Part shown: piece after piece, positions 1 through 11,800 of the stretch
Layout: each line of letters starts with the position of its first letter
Numbering within the stretch: position 1 is the first letter of the stretch
DNA from: Eledone cirrhosa
Taxonomy: Eukaryota
Length of the DNA stretch: 64,000 nt
Reading direction: 5' to 3'
Assembly (NCBI GenBank): GCA_964016885.1
Contig: OZ024743.1
Location: forward strand, 134,292,001-134,356,000
Program-made: the position numbers and the translations under genes
Notes under the pieces: model-generated
Told to the model about the DNA's origin: nothing
The model's database searches: none
What the model saw: only the letters and a program-made list of their open reading frames with translations

Positions 1-3000
1 TGGTCCTTGGTGTTAGGTGCTGGGTGCTTTGTGTTTGGTGCTTGGTGCTTGGTGTTTGGTGTTTGCTGCTTGGTGCTTGATGCTTGGTGTTTGGTGCTTG
101 GTGCTTGGTGCTTGGTGTTTGTACTTGGTGCTTAGTGCTTGGTGTTTGGTTCTTGGTTCTTGGTGTTTGGTGCTTGGCATTTGGTGTTTGGTGCTTGGTG
201 CTTGGTGTTTGGTGCTTGGTGCTTGGTGTTTGGTGCCTGGTGCTTGGTGCTTGGTGCTTGGTGTTTGGAGTTTGGTGTTTGGTGCTTGGTGCTTGGTGCT
301 TGGTCCTTGGTGTTTGGTGCTGGGTGCTTTGTGTTTGGTGCTTGGTGCTTGGTGTTTGGTGCTTGGTGCTTGGTGCTTGGTGTTTGTACTTGGTGCTTGG
401 TGTTTGGTGTTTGGTTCTTGGTTCTTGGTGTTTGGTAGTTGGTGCTTGGTGCTTGGTGCTTGGTGTTAGGTATTTGGTGCTTGGTGTTAGGTGTTTGGTG
501 CTTGGTGCTTGGTGTTTGGTGTTTGGTGCTTGGTGTTTGGTGTTTGGTTGTTGGTGTTTGGTGCTTGGAACTTGGTGCTTGGTGCTTGGTGTTAGGTGTT
601 TGGTGCTTGGTGCTTGGTGTCTGGTTTTTGGTGCTTGGTGCTTGGTGTTTGGTGTTTGGTGCTTGCTGCTGGTTGCTTGGTGTTTGGTGCTTGATGATTG
701 GTGCTTGGTGTTTGGGGCTTGGTGTTTGGTGTTTGGTGCTAGGTGCTTGGTGTTTGGTGCTTGGTGCTTGGTGTTTGTACTTGGTGCTTGGTGCTTGGTT
801 CTTTGTGTTTGGTGCTTGGTGCTTGGTGTTTGGTGCTTGGTGCTTGGTGTTTGTTGCTTGGTGCTTGGATCTTGGTGTTTGGTGCTTGGTGTTAGGTGTT
901 TGGTGCTTGGTGCTTGGTGTTTGGTGTTTGGTGCTTGGTGCTTGGTGTTTGGTGTTTGGTGCTTGGTGTTTGGTGTTTGGTGTTATATGCTTGGTGTTTG
1001 ATGCTTGGTGCTTGGTGCTTGGTGTTTGGTGCTTGGTGTTTGATGCTTGGTGCTTGGTGCTTGGTGTTTGGTGCTTGGTGCTTGGTGTTTGTACTTGGTG
1101 CTTGGTGCTTGGTTCTTGGTGTTTGGTGCTTGGTGCTTGGTGTTTGGTGCTTGGTGCTTGGTGTTTGGTGCTTGGTGTTTGGTGCTTGGTGTTTGGTGCT
1201 TGGTGCTTGGTGCTTGGTGCTTGGTGTTTGGTGCTTGGTGTTTGGTGCTTGGTGTTAGGTGTTTGGTGCTTGGTGTTTGGTGTTTGGTTTTTGGTGCTTG
1301 GTGCTTGGTGTTTGGTGCTTGCTGCTGGCTGCTTGGTGTTTGATGCTTGGTGATTGGTGCTTGGTGTTTGGTGCTTGGTGTTTGGTGTTTGGTGCTAGGT
1401 GCTTGGTGTTTGGTGCTTGGTGCTTGGTGCTTGGTGTTTGGTGCTTGGTGCTTGGTCTTTGGTGCTTGGTGTTTGGTGTTTGGTGCTTGGTGCTTGGTGC
1501 TTGGTGTTTGGTGCTTGGTGCTTGGTGTTTGGTGCTTGGTGCTTAGTGTTTGGTGCTTGGTGCTTAGTGTTTGGTGCTTGCTGCTTGGTGTTTGGTGCTT
1601 GGGGCTTGGTGTTTGGTGCCTGGTGCTTGGTGTTTGGTGCTTGGTGCTTGGTGTTTGGTGTTTGCTGTTTGCTGTTTGGTGTTTGTTGTTTGGTGTTTGT
1701 TGTTTGGTGTTTGCTGTTTGGTGTTTGGTGTTTGCTTTTTGGTGTTTGGTGTTTGCTGTATGTTGTTTGCTGTTTGGTGTTTGGTGTTTGGTCTTTGGTG
1801 CTTGGTGCTTGGTGTTTGGTGCTTGGTGCTTGGTGTTTCGTGCCTGGTGCTTGGTGCTTGGTGCTTGGTGTTTGGTGTTTGGTGCTTGGTGCTTGGTGCT
1901 TGGAGTTTGGTGTTTGGTGCTTGGTGCTTGGTGTTTTGTGTTTCGTGTTTGGTTTTTGGTGCTTGGTGCTTGGTGCTTGGTCCTTGGTGTTTGGTGCTGG
2001 GTGCTTTGTGTTTGGTGCTTGGTGCTTGGTGCTTGGTGTTTTGTGTTTGGTGCTTGGTGCTTGGTGCTTGGTGCTTGGTGCTTGGTGTTTGTACTTGATG
2101 CTTGGTGCTTGGTGTTTGGTTCTTGGTTCTTGGTGTTTGGTACTTGGTGCTTGGTGTTTGGTGTTTGCTGTTTGGTGTTTGGTGTTTGGTGTTTGGTGTT
2201 TGCTGTTTGGTGTCTGCTTTTTGGTATTTAGTGTTTGCTGTATGGTGTTTGGTGTTTGCTGTTTGGTGTTTGGTCTTTGGTGCTTGGTGTTTGGTGCTCG
2301 GTGCTTGGTGTTTGGTATTCGGTGCTTGGTGCTTGGTGTTTGGTGCTTGGTGTTTGGTGTTTGGTGTTTGGTGCTTGGTGTCTGGTGCTTGGTGTTTGGT
2401 GCTTGGTGTTTGGTGTTTGGTGCTTGGTGTTTGGTGTTTGGTGTTTGGTGCTTGGTGCTTGGTGTTTGGTGTTTGGTGTTTGGTGCTTGGTGTCTGGTGC
2501 TTGGTGTTTGGTGTTTGGTGATTGGTGTTTGGTGTTTGGTGTTTGGTGCTTGGTGCTTGGTGCTTGGTGTTTGGTGTTTGGTGTTTGGTGCTTGGTGCTT
2601 GGTGTTTGGTGCTTGGTGCTGAGTGGTTGGTGTTTGGTGCTTGGTGTTTGGTGCTGGGTGCTTGGCTTTTGGTCCTGGGTGCTTGGTGTTTGGTGCTTGG
2701 TGCTTGGTCTTTGGTGCTTGGTGTTTGGTGCTTGGTGCTTGGTGCTTGGTGTTTGGTGCTTGGTGCTTGGTGTTTGGTGCTTGGTGCTTAGTGTTTGGTG
2801 CTAGGTGCTTGGTGTTTGGTGCTTGGTGTTTGGTGCTTGGTGCTTGGTGTTTGGTGTTTGGTGTTTGGTGCTTGGTGCTTGGTGTTTGCTGTTTGCTGTT
2901 TGGTGTTTGTTGTTTGGTGTTTGTTGTTTGGTGTTTGCTGTTTGGTGTTTGGTGTCTGCTTTTTGGTGTTTGGTGTTTGCTGTATGTTGTTTGCTGTTTG

Positions 3001-5899
3001 GTGTTTGGTGTTTGGTGTTTGGTGTTTGGTGTTTGGTGTTTGGTGCTTGGTGTTTGGTGCTTGGTGCTTGGTGTTTGGTGCCTGGTGCTTGGTGCTTGAT
3101 GCTTGGTGTTTGGTGTTTGGTGCTTGGTGCTTGGTGTTTCGTGATTGGTGCTTATTTTTTTGTGTTTTGTGTTTGGTTTTTGGTGCTTGGTGCTTGGTGC
3201 TTGGTCCTTGGTGTTTGGTGCTGGGTGCTTTGTGTTTGGTGCTTGGTGTTTGGTGCTTGGTGTTTGGTGTTTGCTGCTTGGTGTGTGATGCTTGGTGCTT
3301 GGTGCTTGGTGTTTTGTGTTTGGTGCTTGGTGCTTGGTGTTTGGTGCTTGGTGCTTGGTGCTTGGTGTTTGTACTTGGTGCTTGGTGCTTGGTGTTTGGT
3401 TCTTGGTTCTTGGTGTTTGGTGTTTTGCGTTTGGTTTTTGGTGCTTGGTGCTTGGTGTTTGGTGCTTGGTGCTTGGTGTTTGGTGCCTGGTGCTTGGTGC
3501 TTGGTGCTTGGTGTTTGGTGTTTGGTGCTTGGTGCTTGGAGTTTGGTGTTTGGTGCTTGGTGCTTGGTGCTTGGTCCTTGGTGTTTGGTGCTGGGTGCTT
3601 TGTGTTTGGTGATTGGTGCTTGGTGTTTGGTGTTTGCTGCTTGGTGTTTGATGCTTGGTGTTTTGTATTTGGTGCTTGGTGCTTGGTGTTTGGTGCTTGG
3701 TGCTTGGTGCTTGGTGTTTCTACTTGGTGCTTGGTGCTTGGTGTTTGGTTCTTGGTTCTTGGTGTTTGGTACTTGGTGCTTGGTGCTTGGTGCTTGATGT
3801 TTGGTGTTTGGTGCTTGGTGTTTGGTGCTTGGTGCTTGGTGCTTGGTGCTTGGTGCTTGGTGTTAGGTATTTGGTGCTTGGTGCTTGGTGTTTGGTGCTT
3901 GGTGTTTGGTGTTTGCTGTTTGGTGTTTGGTGTTTGCTGTTTGGTGTTTGCTGTTTGGTATTTGGTGTTTGCTGTTTGGTGTTTGGTCTTTGGTGCTTGG
4001 TGTTTGGTGCTTGGTGTTTGGTGTTTGGTGCTTGGTGCTTGGTGTTTGGTGTTTGGTGCTTGGTGCCTGGTGTTTGGTGTTTGGTGTTTGGTGCTTGGTG
4101 TCTGGTGCTTGGTGTTTGGTGCTTGGTGTTTGGTGTTTGGTGCTTGGTGCTTGGTGTTTGGTGTTTGGTGCTTGGTGTTTGGTGTTTGGTGCTTGTTGCT
4201 TGGTGCTTGATGTTTGGTGCTTGGTGCTTGGTGTTTGGTGCTGGGTGCTTGGTGCTTGTTATTTGGTTTTTGGTGCTTGGTGCTTGGTGTTTGGTGTTTG
4301 GTGTTATATGCTTGGTGTTTGATGCTTGCTGCTTGGTGCTTGGTGTTTGGTGTTTGGTGTTTGGTGCTTGGTGCTTGGTGTTTGGTGCTTGGTGCTGAGT
4401 GGTTGGTGTTTGGTGCTTGGTGTTTGGTGCTGTGTGCTTGGTGTTTGGTGCTGGGTGCTTGGTGTTTGGTGCTTGGTGCTTGGTCTTTGGTGCTTGGTGT
4501 TTGGTGCTTGGTGCTTGGTGCTTGGTGTTTGGTGCTTGGTGCTTGGTGTTTGGTGCTTGGTGCTTGGTGTTTGCTGTTTGCTGTTTGGTGTTTGTTGTTT
4601 GGTGTTTGTTGTTTGGTGTTTGCTGTTTGGTGTTTGGTGTTTGCTTTTTGGTGTTTGGTGTTTGCTGTATGTTGTTTGCTGTTTGGTGTTTGGTGTTTGG
4701 TGCCTGGTGCTTGGTGCTTGGTGCTTGGTGTTTGGTGTTTGGTGCTTGGTGCTTGGTGCTTGGTGTTTGGTGCTTGGTGCTTGGTGTTTTGTGTTTCGTG
4801 TTTGGTTTTTGGTGCTTGGTGCTTGGTGCTTGGTCCTTGGTGTTAGGTGCTGGGTGCTTTGTGTTTGGTGCTTGGTGCCTGGTGTTTGGTGTTTGCTGCT
4901 TGGTGCTTGATGCTTGGTGTTTGGTGCTTGGTGCTTGGTGTTTGTACTTGGTGCTTGGTGCTTGGTGTTTGGTTCTTGGTTCTTGGTGTTTGGTGTTTGG
5001 CATTTGGTGTTTGGTGCTTGGTGCTTGGTGTTTGGTGCTTGGTGCTTGGTGTTTGGTGCCTGGTGCTTGGTGCTTGGTGCTTGGTGTTTGGAGTTTGGTG
5101 TTTGGTGCTTGGTGCTTGGTGCTTGGTCCTTGGTGTTTGGTGCTGGGTGCTTTCTGTTTGGTGATTGGTGCTTGGTGTTTGGTGTTTGCTGCTTGGTGTT
5201 TGATGCTTGGTGCTTGGTGTTTTGTGTTTGGTGCTTGGTGCTTGGTGTTTGGTGCTTGGTGCTTGGTGCCTGGTGTTTGTACTTGGTGCTTGGTGTTTGG
5301 TGTTTGGTTCTTGGTTCTTGGTGTTTGGTACTTGGTGCTTGGTGCTTGGTGCTTGGTGTTAGGTATTTGGTGCTTGGTGCTTCGTGTTTGGTGCTTGGTG
5401 TTTGGTGTTTGCTGTTTGGAGTTTGGTGTTTGGTGTTTGGTTTTGCTGTCTGGTGTCTGCTTTTTGGTGTTTAGTGTTTGCTGTATGGTGTTTGCTGTTT
5501 CGTGTTTGGTGTTTGCTGTTTGGTGTTTGGTCTTTGGTGGTTGGTGTTTGGTGCTTGGTGTTTGGTGTTTGGTGCTTGCTGCTTGGTGTTTGGTGTTTGG
5601 TGCTTGGTGCTTGGTGTTTGGTGTTTAGTGTTTGGTGCTTGGTGTCTGGTGCTTGGTGTTTGGTGTTTGGTGCTTGGTGTTTGGTGTTTGGTGATTGGTG
5701 CTTGGTGTTTGGTGTTTGCTGCTTGGTGTTTGATGCTTGGTGCTTGGTGTTTTGTGTTTGGTGCTTGGTGCTTGGTGTTTGGTGCTTGGTTCTTGGTGCT
5801 TGGTGTTTGTACTTGGTGCTTGATGCTTGGTGTTTGGTTCTTGGTTCTTGGTGTTTGGTACTTGGTGCTTGGTGCTTGGTGCTTGGTGTTAGGTATTTG

Positions 5900-8800
5900 G
5901 TGCTTGGTGCTGAGTGGTTGGTGTTTGGTGCTTGGTGTTTGTTGCTGTGTGCTTGGTGTTTGGTGCTGGGTGCTTGGTGTTTGGTGCTTGGTGCTTGGTC
6001 TTTGGTGCTTGGTGTTTGGTGCTTGGTGCTTGGTGCTTGGTGTTTGGTGCTTGGTGCTTGGTGTTTGGTGCTTGGTGCTTGGTGTTTGCTGTTTGCTGTT
6101 TGGTGTTTGTTGTTTGGTGTTTGTTGTTTGGTGTTTGCTGTTTGGTGTTTGGTGTTTGCTTTTTGGTGTTTGGTGTTTGCTGTATGTTGTTTGCTGTTTG
6201 GTGTTTGGTGTTTGGTGCCTGGTGCTTGGTGCTTGGTGCTTGGTGTTTGGTGTTTGGTGTTTGGTGCTTGGTGCTTGGTGCTTGGTGTTTGGTGCTTGGT
6301 GCTTGGTGTTTTGTGTTTCGTGTTTGGTTTTTAGTGCTTGGTGCTTGGTGCTTGGTCCTTGGTGTTAGGTGCTGGGTGCTTTGTGTTTGGTGCTTGGTGC
6401 TTGGTGTTTGGTGTTTTCTGCTTGGTGCTTGATGCTTGGTGTTTGGTGCTTGGTGCTTGGTGTTTGTACTTGGTGCTTGGTGCTTGGTGTTTGGTTCTTG
6501 GTTCTTGGTGTTTGGTGTTTGGCATTTGGTGTTTGGTGCTTGGTGCTTGGTGTTTGGTGCTTGGTGCTTGGTGTTTGGTGCCTGGTGCTTGGTGCTTGGT
6601 GCTTGGTGTTTGGAGTTTGGTGTTTGGTGCTTGGTGCTTGGTGCTTGGTCCTTGGTGTTTGGTGCTGGGTGCTTTGTGTTTGGTGATTGGTGCTTGGTGT
6701 TTGGTGTTTGCTGCTTGGTGTTTGATGCTTGGTGCTTGGTGTTTTGTGTTTGGTGCTTGGTGCTTGGTGTTTGGTGCTTGGTGCTTGGTGCTTGGTGTTT
6801 GTACTTGGTGCTTGGTGTTTGGTGTTTGGTTCTTCGTTCTTGGTGTTTGGTACTTGGTGCTTGGTGCTTGGTGCTTGGTGCTTGGTGTTTGTACTTGGTG
6901 CTTGGTGTTTGGTGTTTGGTTCTTCGTTCTTGGTGTTTGGTATTTGGTGCTTGGTGCTTCGTGTTTGGTGCTTGGTGTTTGCTGTTTGGAGTTTGGTGTT
7001 TGGTGTTTGGTTTTGCTGTCTGGTGTCTGCTTTTTGGTGTTTAGTGTTTGCTGTATGGTGTTTGCTGTTTCGTGTTTGGTGTTTGCTTTTTGGTGTTTGG
7101 TCTTTGGTGGTTGGTGTTTGGTGCTTGGTGTTTGGTGTTTGGTGCTTGCTGCTTGGTGTTTGGTGTTTGGTGCTTGGTGCTTGGTGTTTGGTGTTTAGTG
7201 TTTGGTGCTTGGTGTCTGGTGCTTGGTGTTTGGTGTTTGGTGCTTGGTGTTTGGTGTTTGGTGATTGGTGCTTGGTGTTTGGTGTTTGCTGCTTGGTGTT
7301 TGATGCTTGGTGCTTGGTGTTTTGTGTTTGGTGCTTGGTGCTTGGTGTTTGGTGCTTGGTTCTTGGTGCTTGGTGTTTGTACTTGGTGCTTGGTGCTTGG
7401 TGTTTGGTTCTTGGTTCTTGGTGTTTGGTACTTGGTGCTTGGTGTTTGGTGTTTGCTGTTTGGTGTTTGGTGTTTGGTGTTTGGTGTTTGCTGTTTGGTG
7501 TCTGCTTTTTGGTGTTTAGTGTTTGCTGTATGGTGTTTGGTGTTTGCTGTTTGGTGTTTGGTCTTTGGTGCTTGGTGTTTGGTGCTCGGTGCTTGGTGTT
7601 TGGTATTCGGTGCTTGCTGCTTGGTGTTTGGTGCTTGGTGTTTGGTGTTTGGTGTTTGGTGCTTGGTGTCTGGTGCTTGGTGTTTGGTGCTTGGTGTTTG
7701 GTGTTTGGTGCATGGTGTTTGGTGTTTGGTGTTTGGTGCTTGGTGCTTGGTGTTTGGTGTTTGGTGTTTGGTGCTTGGTGTCTGGTGCTTGGTGTTTGGT
7801 GTTTGGTGCTTGGTGTTTGGTGTTTGGTGTTTGTTGCTTGGTGCTTGGTGCTTGGTGTTTGGTGTTTGGTGTTTGGTGCTTGGTGCTTGGTGTTTGGTGC
7901 TTGGTGCTGAGTGGTTGGTGTTTGGTGCTTGGTGTTTGGTGCTGGGTGCTTGGTTTTTGGTCCTGGGTGCTTGGTGTTTGGTGCTTGGTGCTTGGTGCTT
8001 GGTGTTTGGTGCTTGGTGCTTGGTGTTTGGTGCTTGGTGCTTAGTGTTTGGTGCTAGGTGCTTGGTGTTTGGTGCTTGGTGTTTGGTGCTTGGTGCTTGG
8101 TGTTTGGTGTTTGGTGTTTGGTGCTTGGTGTTTGGTGCTTGGTGCTTGGTGTTTGGTGTTTGGTGCTTGGTGCTTGGTGCTTGGTGTTTGGTGTTTGGTG
8201 TTTGGTGCTTGGTGCTTGGTGTTTGGTGCTTGGTGCTGAGTGGTTGGTGTTTGGTGCTTGGTGTTTGGTGCTGGGTGCTTGGTTTTTGGTCCTGGGTGCT
8301 TTGTGCTTGGTGCTTGGTGCTTGGTGCTTGGTGTTTGGTGCTTGGTGCTTGGTGCTAGGTGCTTGGTGTTTGGTGCTTGGTGTTTGGTGCTAGGTGCTTG
8401 GTGTTTGGTGCTTGGTGTTTGGTGCTTGGTGCTTGGTGTTTGGTGTTTGGTGTTTGGTGCTTGGTGCTTGGTGTTTGCTGTTTGCTGTTTGGTGTTTGTT
8501 GTTTGGTGCTTGTTGTTTGGTGTTTGCTGTTTGGTGTTTGGTGTTTGGTGTTTGGTGTTTGGTGTTTGCTGTATGTTGTTTGCTGTTTGGTGTTTGGTGT
8601 TTGGTGTTTGGTGTTTGGTGCTTGCTGCTTGGTGTTTGGTGTTTGGTGCTTGGTGCTTGGTGTTTGGTGTTTAGTGTTTGGTGCTTGGTGTCTGGTGCTT
8701 GGTGTTTGGTGTTTGGTGCTTGGTGTTTGGTGTTTGGTGATTGGTGCTTGGTGTTTGGTGTTTGCTGCTTGGTGTTTGATGCTTGGTGCTTGGTGTTTTG

Positions 8801-11800
8801 TGTTTGGTGCTTGGTGCTTGGTGTTTGGTGCTTGGTTCTTGGTGCTTGGTGTTTGTACTTGGTGCTTGGTGCTTGGTGTTTGGTTCTTGGTTCTTGGTGT
8901 TTGGTACTTGGTGCTTGGTGTTTGCTGTTTGCTGTTTGGTGTTTGGTGTTTGGTGTTTGGTGTTTGCTGTTTGGTGTCTGCTTTTTGGTGTTTAGTGTTT
9001 GCTGTATGGTGTTTGGTGTTTGCTGTTTGGTGTTTGGTCTTTGGTGCTTGGTGTTTGGTGCTCGGTGCTTGGTGTTTGGTATTCGGTGCTTGCTGCTTGG
9101 TGTTTGGTGCTTGGTGTTTGGTGTTTGGTGTTTGGTGCTTGGTGTCTGGTGCTTGGTGTTTGGTGCTTGGTGTTTGGTGTTTGGTGCTTGGTGTTTGGTG
9201 TTTGGTGTTTGGTGCTTGGTGCTTGGTGTTTGGTGTTTGGTGTTTGGTGCTTGGTGTCTGGTGCTTGGTGTTTGGTGTTTGGTGCTTGGTGTTTGGTGTT
9301 TGGTGTTTGTTGCTTGGTGCTTGGTGCTTGGTGTTTGGTGTTTGGTGTTTGGTGCTTGGTGCTTGGTGTTTGGTGCTTGGTGCTGAGTGGTTGGTGTTTG
9401 GTGCTTGGTGTTTGGTGCTGGGTGCTTGGTTTTTGGTCCTGGGTGCTTGGTGTTTGGTGCTTGGTGCTTGGTGCTTGGTGTTTGGTGCTTGGTGCTTGGT
9501 GTTTGGTGCTTGGTGCTTAGTGTTTGGTGCTAGGTGCTTGGTGTTTGGTGCTTGGTGTTTGGTGCTTGGTGCTTGGTGTTTGGTGTTTGGTGTTTGGTGC
9601 TTGGTGTTTGGTGCTTGGTGCTTGGTGTTTGGTGTTTGGTGCTTGGTGCTTGGTGCTTGGTGTTTGGTGTTTGGTGTTTGGTGCTTGGTGCTTGGTGTTT
9701 GGTGCTTGGTGCTGAGTGGTTGGTGTTTGGTGCTTGGTGTTTGGTGCTGGGTGCTTGGTTTTTGGTCCTGGGTGCTTTGTGCTTGGTGCTTGGTGCTTGG
9801 TGCTTGGTGTTTGGTGCTTGGTGCTTGGTGTTTGGTGCTTGGTGCTTAGTGTTTGGTGCTAGGTGCTTGGTGTTTGGTGCTTGGTGTTTGGTGCTTGGTG
9901 CTTGGTGTTTGGTGTTTGGTGTTTGGTGCTTGGTGCTTGGTGTTTGCTGTTTGCTGTTTGGTGTTTGTTGTTTGGTGCTTGTTGTTTGGTGTTTGCTGTT
10001 TGGTGTTTGGTGTTTGGTTTTTGGTGTTTGGTGTTTGCTGTATGTTGTTTGCTGTTTGGTGTTTGGTGTTTGGTGTTTGGTGTTTGGTGTTTGGTGTTTG
10101 GTGCTTGGTGTTTGGTGCTTGGTGCTTGGTGTTTGGTGCCTGGTGCTTGGTGCTTGATGCTTGGTGTTTGGTTTTTGGTGCTTGGTGCTTGGTGCTTGGT
10201 CCTTGGTGTTTGGTGCTGGGTGCTTTGTGTTTGGTGCTTGGTGCTTGGTGCTTGGTGTTTGGTGTTTGCTGCTTGGTGTTTGATGCTTGGTGCTTGGTGC
10301 TTGGTGTTTTGTGTTTGGTGCTTGGTGCTTGGTGTTTGGTGCTTGGTGCTTGGTGCTTGGTGTTTGTACTTGGTGCTTGGTGCTTGGTGTTTGGTTCTTG
10401 GTTCTTGGTGTTTGGTGTTTTGCGTTTGGTGTTTGGTGTTTGGTGTTTGGTGCTTGGTGCTTGGTGTTTGGTGCCTGGTGCTTGGTGCTTGGTGCTTGGT
10501 GTTTGGTGTTTGGTGCTTGGTGCTTGGAGTTTGGTGTTTGGTGCTTGGTGCTTGGTGCTTGGTCCTTGGTGTTTGGTGCAGGGTGCTTTGTGTTTGGTGA
10601 TTGGTGCTTGGTGTTTGGTGTTTGCTGCTTGGTGCTTGGTGCTTGGTGTTTCTACTTGGTGCTTGGTGCTTGGTGTTTGGTTCTTGGTTCTTGGTGTTTG
10701 GTACTTGGTGCTTGGTGCTTGGTGCTTGATGTTTGGTGTTTGGTGCTTGGTGTTTGGTGCTTGGTGGTTGGTGCTTGGTGCTTGGTGCTTGGTGTTAGGT
10801 ATTTGGTGCTTGGTGCTTGGTGTTTGGTGCTTGGTGTTTGGTGTTTGCTGTTTGGTGTTTGGTGTTTGCTGTTTGGTGTTTGCTGTTTGGTGTTTGGTGT
10901 TTGCTGTTTGGTGTTTGGTCTTTGGTGCTTGGTGTTTGGTGCTTGGTGTTTGGTGTTTGGTGCTTGGTGCTTGGTGCTTGGTGTTTGGTGCTTGGTGCTT
11001 GGTGTTTTGTGTTTCGTGTTTGGTTTTTGGTGCTTGGTGCTTGGTGCTTGGTCCTTGGTGTTAGGTGCTGGGTGCTTTGTGTTTGGTGCTTGGTGCTTGG
11101 TGTTTGGTGTTTGCTGCTTGGTGCTTGATGCTTGGTGTTTGGTGCTTGGTGCTTGGTGCTTGGTGTTTGTACTTGGTGCTTAGTGCTTGGTGTTTGGTTC
11201 TTGGTTCTTGCTGTTTGGTGCTTGGCATTTGGTGTTTGGTGCTTGGTGCTTGGTGTTTGGTGCTTGGTGCTTGGTGTTTGGTGCCTGGTGCTTGGTGCTT
11301 GGTGCTTGGTGTTTGGAGTTTGGTGTTTGGTGCTTGGTGCTTGGTGCTTGGTCCTTGGTGTTTGGTGCTGGGTGCTTTGTGTTTGGTGATTGGTGCTTGG
11401 TGTTTGGTGTTTGCTGCTTGGTGTTTGATGCTTGGTGCTTGGTGTTTTGTGTTTGGTGCTTGGTGCTTGGTGTTTGGTGCTTGGTGCTTGGTGCTTGGTG
11501 TTTGTACTTGGTGCTTGGTGTTTGGTGTTTGGTTCTTGGTTCTTGGTGTTTGGTACTTGGTGCTTGGTGCTTGGTGCTTGGTGTTAGGTATTTGGTGCTT
11601 GGTGCTTCGTGTTTGGTGCTTGGTGTTTGGTGTTTGCTGTTTGGAGTTTGGTGTTTGGTGTTTGGTTTTGCTGTCTGGTGTCTGCTTTTTGGTGTTTAGT
11701 GTTTGCTGTATGGTGTTTGCTGTTTCGTGTTTGGTGTTTGCTGTTTGGTGTTTGGTCTTTGGTGCTTGGTGTTTGGTGCTTGGTGTTTGGTGTTTGGTGC

